Assembly (NCBI RefSeq): GCF_964188315.1 | Contig: NC_135661.1 | Location: 44,826,001 to 44,890,000 of the forward strand | Direction: 5' to 3' | Length of the DNA: 64,000 bases | Source: Podarcis muralis | Taxonomy: Eukaryota | In this document: piece after piece, positions 58,563-64,000 of the stretch | Layout of the letters: each line of letters opens with the position of its first letter | Numbering within the stretch: the stretch's first letter is position 1 | Made by a program: the position numbers and the translations under genes | The notes under the pieces: model-generated | The model's database searches: none | What the model saw: only the letters and a program-made list of their open reading frames with translations | What the model was told of the DNA's origin: nothing

Positions 58563-61500
58563 GGCGCTCGCTTCGGGAAGCTGCAAGGTGGGCTGCTGCT
58601 GTCGCCTCCTCCTCCTCCTCAGGGGGGTCTCCGGGCGGGATCACCTGCAAAGACACAGAGAAGAGCACAGGGGTCAGCCGGGTGGGAGGGGGGGCAGGCG
58701 GGCGGCTTCCGCCCGGCGGGGGGAAGGGAGCCCCGGACACTCCTGTCGCTCACCCGCCGCCACCGCCGCCACCTCCACGGCTTAGTGCCATTCCTCTGCC
58801 CGCCGACTCCGCAGCCACCCCGGGCCTGACCCCGCCCTCTTTCTTCTCCGCCGCCGCCGCTGCCGCCGCCTTGCACGGCGCGCCGGAACTGCCGAGGCTC
58901 ATGACGTTAGGACGGCGCGCGCACAGCGATGACGTGATCGCCGCCTGCGGTTGCCATAACGACAGCCGAGGAAGCGGCGGCGGCGGCGGCATCGCTATAG
59001 CGACAAAGGCACCTGCCCTTCCCCTCTGCACGTGACGTCGCGCCCCGGCATCCCCCCGAGCTCTACTCCGTCGAGCCATAACTGGCCTACCTGTAGGGTT
59101 GTCGTAAGGACTGCTGAGGTCTGGCTTGAGAAATAATAAGCGATGCTTGTGCACTTGAAGCGGTCTCTCCACTGTGTGGTGTGCCTCTTTATTAAGATGA
59201 TGAAGCCGCCAGCCTCGTGCCTTTGCGGCAGGAAAAACGAAGCGCCCCCAAGGGGCCTTGCTGGTATCAAACTGGGATTGGAAAGGAACGAATAAGCTGG
59301 CGCTGCTTCTCGGCTGGCTATTCCAGGCCTTAAACCGAGAAGATGCGTAAATTATGACCACAGTCAAATTCGCGCTAAGCAAATCAAGGAAGGGGAAGCA
59401 GAGAGGAGAGACCTTTAATAGGAGCCTCACGCTATCCTGGCAAGGAACCGGTCTCTGTGTGGGTAGGCAGCCAGTAAGTGTGTCCAAAACCGCAAAGAGC
59501 CAGGCCGCTTCAGTCACAGACTCTGCACGGTACGAGTTCCTTTTACAAGGGCAACAATTATCGAAGACTTTCCAACCTTCAAACATAAAAGTGTCCTTGG
59601 CCTTATACTGGCCAGGACAGGAACAGCTTGCTGGTGCTATGTAGATGGGATGGGATAGAGCTGTCACTCGATGTTGAGTTGATTAATTATTTCTCCTTTG
59701 TGTGTGTGAGAACGAGAGGAATGCTCTCCGTGGGGCTCCTGTCGCCCATCGATTTGCAACTAAAAAAAAAGCTGCTGTCTAGCGAGATCCTAGGAAGAGC
59801 CCTGCTTGTCCGTTAGATCAAACTAAGGAAAGTGGAGGAGGGAAGGGCTGCATGTGCTTTTGCGTGCAGACAGGACCAGACTTAAACTCCTGGCAGGTAC
59901 TTTCAGGTAGGCCAGAGTGAGGAATCCTGCCTAAAACCGTGAAAAGCTGTTGACCGCCAGTGTAAGCAATACTGAGCTAGGTGGACCAAGAGACTGACTC
60001 AATTTAAGACAGCTTCCTACAGTTTCCCCATCTGTTTCCCAACGATTAGCCAGATGCCCTAATGGGAGGCGGAAGCAGTGCAAGAAGCCGCCGCCGTTGA
60101 CTATCAGAGATAACGATTGAAGTGACCAATATATATCCCGTGGCGAAGCTTTCTAGCCCCCAAACCTTAATACTAGCCGCGGAACTGTAGAGCCCTAAGA
60201 GAGACCAGAGCTGAAATGGATGTATCGGCCACATTAGCGAAAACTGTTTCACGCAAATCGTAGGTGGTTGAGCCGGTAGGCTCTCCACGTTCAAACAAGG
60301 CGCTTGCCAGCAAGCTTCTTCGTCTCTCTGCGGCCTCAGAAACGGGACACTGGAGCTCCGTGCAAAGCCTGCAGTCCTGTGTATGTCCAAAGCACTGGGA
60401 TATATTTCCGAGTAAATTTGCTTAAGATTGAGCTTGCTAGGAAAGCACGTGCTCTGTACGGACTTGGCCCCGCTACTGTCAGGCTAGCCCCCGGCACTTC
60501 GCAATTGGCGAAGACGCTTCAGTCGCCCTGCCAGCTGGTTTTTTTCTCGAAGGACGGCAGGCGCTTCGCCTCTCGGGCTGTCGGCAAGTTCCGTATCCAG
60601 AACGGAACTTTAAAGTTCGCTGTACGACCCGGCCGGACGCATGTCGTGAGCACAGCCGCAGCGGTGACTAGGCAGGCGTCTGACGTCATCACTACCTGCC
60701 ACGGCGCAGTCTCACCGCTAATCGTGTGACACCGCTACAGATACTTCCGCGGAGGAAACGAGTTCTGGGGCCAGTTACCGCGGTTCCAAGCGCAGAGCAT
60801 TCTGTCTGGCCACGAAACCCGCCGGCTGGCGGCGACGGAGGACTCAGCAACGTTAATGGATGCAGCAGGCTATCGCCGCGCCGTGCTCTGAGGGAGGGCA
60901 GTCAGTGAGTCCCGGTCTCCAGATTCCTCCGCCTGCGGTATCGGTGCTGAGGCCGCGCCGCCGCCATTTTGGATGCCAGGCTCTAGCTACTGCCGCCGCC
61001 GCCTTCGCCGTAGGGATCCGGCCCGGTGAGTGCCGCTCGGGGAGAGAGGAGGGGCGCTGCCAGGCAGGGTAGGTGTTGCTGCTGCTGCTGCTTCTACTTC
61101 GGCGGTAGGATCCTAGGCCCGCCGCCGCTGCCCGGGGCAAGGCCCCGCCACCGCCGCCTCCCGCCCCGCCTCCCGGGACTGACTGAGCCTTGGCCGCCGA
61201 GGGCCCGGCCGCTTTCCGGTCGGTGGGTGGGTCGGCTGGCTAAGGGGAGAGGCGCCGGTTCCTAGCGCAAGAAGGGAGCGCGCTGCCGTGTTCCTTGAGG
61301 GTTGCAGCCGTCTGACTCGTCAGCTGGCTCGTGAGGCCTGGCGGGGCTGCTGTCCCTGCCGGAGCGGCCCTTCGCCCTCCCGGGCAAGAGGTGGCTGTTC
61401 CTCCGTCCGCTTCCCTTCTCCGCGCCGCCGCGTCCCTAGCAAAGGCCAGCCTAGGCGGTGCTCCTTAGCCCATGACTTCCTTCCCGCTATTCGAGGCGTT

Positions 61501-61750
61501 TTTCTCTTCGCCCGGCCAGTTCTGTCTCTGCTGTCGGCGGAAGTGCCTGTGGCCTCTTCTGTAGACGAGGAGAGCCTTCTCCGCGCGCCGCGCCGGAGTT
61601 CACCCCCGTACAGCTCGCCCGGGCTTCCGACGATCGGATCGGCTCCTATCCGAGACCTGAAGAAAGAGACTCGCCTCGCCCCTTGACAGGCCTTGTGAGC
61701 AAGGGGCTTAGGAACACCTCGTCGGGGAGAGAGACTGAGAGTCACTCCCG
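58400..61750. promoter_or_regulatory. CpG-rich region, divergent ATXN1L/AP1G1 promoters
   Basis: CpG-dense; ATF/CRE half-sites at 58900-59040; palindromic CRE TGACGTCA at 60681-60688; YY1-type GCCGCCATTTTG at ~60960. Confidence 0.8.
60940..61025 (+). other. AP1G1: Probable non-coding first exon of AP1G1 (coding exons lie beyond the window)
   Basis: GC-rich segment with YY1 motif ending in CCG|GTGAGT donor at 61025/61026, followed by intron-like DNA. Gene identity rests on conserved synteny only; 5' boundary approximate. Confidence 0.55.
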
Positions 61751-64000
61751 ATTACGGCAGGGTCGACACTAGGAAAAGGCTCAAGGCTGTTGGATGTGGA
61801 TTCCGACGCTTTGCAAGGAATGCCTGTTCAGTGAGCGCTGGGGAAAGTTTGAAAGGCCAAGACCACGGGTGGGTGCGGGGAAGTGAGAGGGCAGTCCAGC
61901 CAGCTGGCTCACCTGTCAACTTGACCTGAAGAAGCCATTGCAGTTCCTTTTCTTGCCCTCCTGTCGAGAGGGAAATATTTGTTTATTTTTATTTAACGAA
62001 AGTTTTATTCCATTTGATTGTAAGAATTTCTAAGGTTCTAAGCTGCTTTCCTACTGAGGTTAATGATTGTGAAGGAGTTATCTAGCAGTACTCTTGTAGA
62101 TGAGTAACAGTTGGAAGAGGGTTACTCAACATCTGCAGACCTTCTGAAACTTAACTTTATTTTAATATGGACATTCCTGCCCATATCCTTAGTTGCTTCA
62201 GCTTGATTGCCCAGTTTTCTGTCCCCTAGACTGGAACTCCTTGCGAGAAACCCTTTGTGACAATCTCTTTCTCTTCTCTTCAAACACTTCCTCAAAACAC
62301 ATTTTCACTTTGAAGCCTGTTGTTTAATGCCTTTGGTTTCACCTTCATTGTTGCAACATGGAGTATTTGCTCACATTTCTCCTTCATCTGTCATTTAAAA
62401 TTTAGAAACTGTAAGCTCATATTGATGTGATTCTCTGCAAAGCATCATGCGGAATGATGGTGCTACCTTATAACTAATGATTAACAGAACCTGTCTGACA
62501 GAGGGCCTCTCTTTTATAAAATGTCTAACTAGTGTATGCTGAAAATCCTCTGTGTCTCTTGAAAGAAATTATGACAATTGGGCAGAATTGTTACATTGAC
62601 TAAGTTTGGTGTAGCTCAAAGATATATCATGAGATGGAAGGTTTGTTTTTAAATAGTATTGCAGATGGAGTATGCTTGTCTTTTGTCTGAATACAGTGGT
62701 CTTTACCTTTGTTGAATTTCTGTTGGCTATGGGCAAGTGTCCAGAATTAGCCAGGTGCATTTTGCACTTGACTATTGACCACTCGCAACCATGAGTTATA
62801 TTTTATCTGCACAATCAGAATGAATTTCAGGAACCAAAATGCTTTTTCTGTGCAGCCTGAGCAGGAGCAACGTTAGTTAATTATTGTAGTTTGTCTTCAC
62901 TTACCCCACCCCACTGACCTTGTCACAGTTGTGAAGAACATTCCTATGTTATGAATGATCAGTGTCACCATTAAGAAAAAGATGTATGAATAGGCCAATA
63001 TGTATGTGGACTGTCCCTGCATCAAGTGACTTTTCTTTAAGTTCTCAGAGTTCTTAACCTAGTTCAAGGTAGTCATCTGAACTAGCCAGGTGTTTCACTG
63101 ATAATCAATCACAAATAGTCCATCATTTGAAAAATAAGACTTTAGAGCCATCTTACCCTCAAATGGCAACTAGATATTCCGTTTTGGTGACTGTAGCCTT
63201 GGTTTAAGGAGCCCTTTGGCACCTAACTTACATATCATAGTTTCTAACACTGCTGTGAGCTTATTCTGGATGTTTTTGTATTTGTAGTACACTTTCTTTC
63301 CAGCAGTATGGTTGCATTGCCACTGTTTTTGTTAACAATGTCTGGCTGTTAATTCAGGGTGTACCTGCATTGAGGTGGTGAATTGTGTTCTGTGTCTCTC
63401 CTCCCAAACATAGTTAATAAACTTTACTATGTGTGTTGGCTTGCATGTTGACCATCTTATGGCAGAGTTGGATTTTAGGAGTAGTTGCAGGTGTTTTTGA
63501 ACCAAAGACCTGTTTTTTATTGTTTCTTCAGCTTGGGCATCTTCTGAGAGTTTTTTGGGACCTGCAATCAGAAACTGTTTGTAATCTGAACAGTGCTGTC
63601 TTGAGACCTCTTGCTGCCTGAGGTAGATCTCAAATTTCTGTTCTGTAGGGCTAACCCTGTACCATTCAAACGGCAGTACAGCCTCCCTCTAGCTTTGGCC
63701 ACCTCCATTATGCTGCCTGAAGTGCGCTGCTTCATCCTTCTATGTATCAGGGCCCACCCTAATTGTGAAAGTTCCGTTAAGAGTGTTGCTACTTTGAAAG
63801 AGTTCTTATATTTGGTTTATCTTGTGACTCATTCCTTGGAGTACCTGAAGAGAGGTGGGGTCAACTTTAGTGTAGCAAGATGAGCTTTAGGACAGCCTTG
63901 CATGTAACAACTCACCTGGTAGTCATAGGCAACCAGAAATTCCATCCTGGTGAGTGAATGCCACATTAGACAGATAGCTATCAGAGCATTTCTTACTAAA

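Noticed and set aside
56577-58586. 669-aa ATXN1L starting at 58586
   Set aside because: That start is TTG; the ATG at 58562 matches the known N-terminus (M-x-x-x-x-ER-x-QE-x-LPPKKRDL).
58376-59667. 219-aa and 305-aa minus-strand ORFs upstream of ATXN1L
   Set aside because: They cross the predicted 5' UTR intron and promoter; non-ATG starts and low-complexity products.
62440-62510. C/D box snoRNA in AP1G1 intron 1
   Set aside because: Only ATGATGG and CTGA partial boxes, no terminal stem, no resemblance to SNORD71 as I recall it.
1-64000. CRISPR arrays, rRNA or tRNA genes
   Set aside because: Eukaryotic DNA; no repeat-spacer arrays; the only tRNA-like sequences are SINE heads.

Overview
Vertebrate genomic DNA, most likely from a lacertid lizard (a full-length Sauria SINE of the Podarcis type and typical squamate MITEs are present). 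The window is syntenic, in reverse orientation, with human 16q22.2: PKD1L3 (+, 21709-38482, 31 predicted exons, ~1772 aa), IST1 (-, 46215-40801), ZNF821 (+, 49161-52766), ATXN1L (-, 58562-56577) and the probable non-coding first exon of AP1G1 (+, ends 61025). The main surprise is a second, divergent polycystin-1-family gene directly upstream of PKD1L3 (+, 7909-18177, 22 predicted exons, ~1109 aa). It is open in frame throughout, looks PKD1L2-like in its membrane region, keeps a signal peptide, C-type lectin, GAIN/GPS and TM1-TM5, has an eroded PLAT domain, and stops just after TM5, so it lacks the whole 6-TM channel half. Other notable items: a 1.18-kb hAT element with perfect TIRs and an 8-bp TSD that appears to carry a captured CpG-island first exon, sitting between the two polycystin genes; two Penelope-type minimal hammerhead ribozyme motifs in IST1 introns; several palindromic MITEs. 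Exon models were assembled by eye from splice signals, phase consistency and remembered vertebrate protein sequences; no database search was run.
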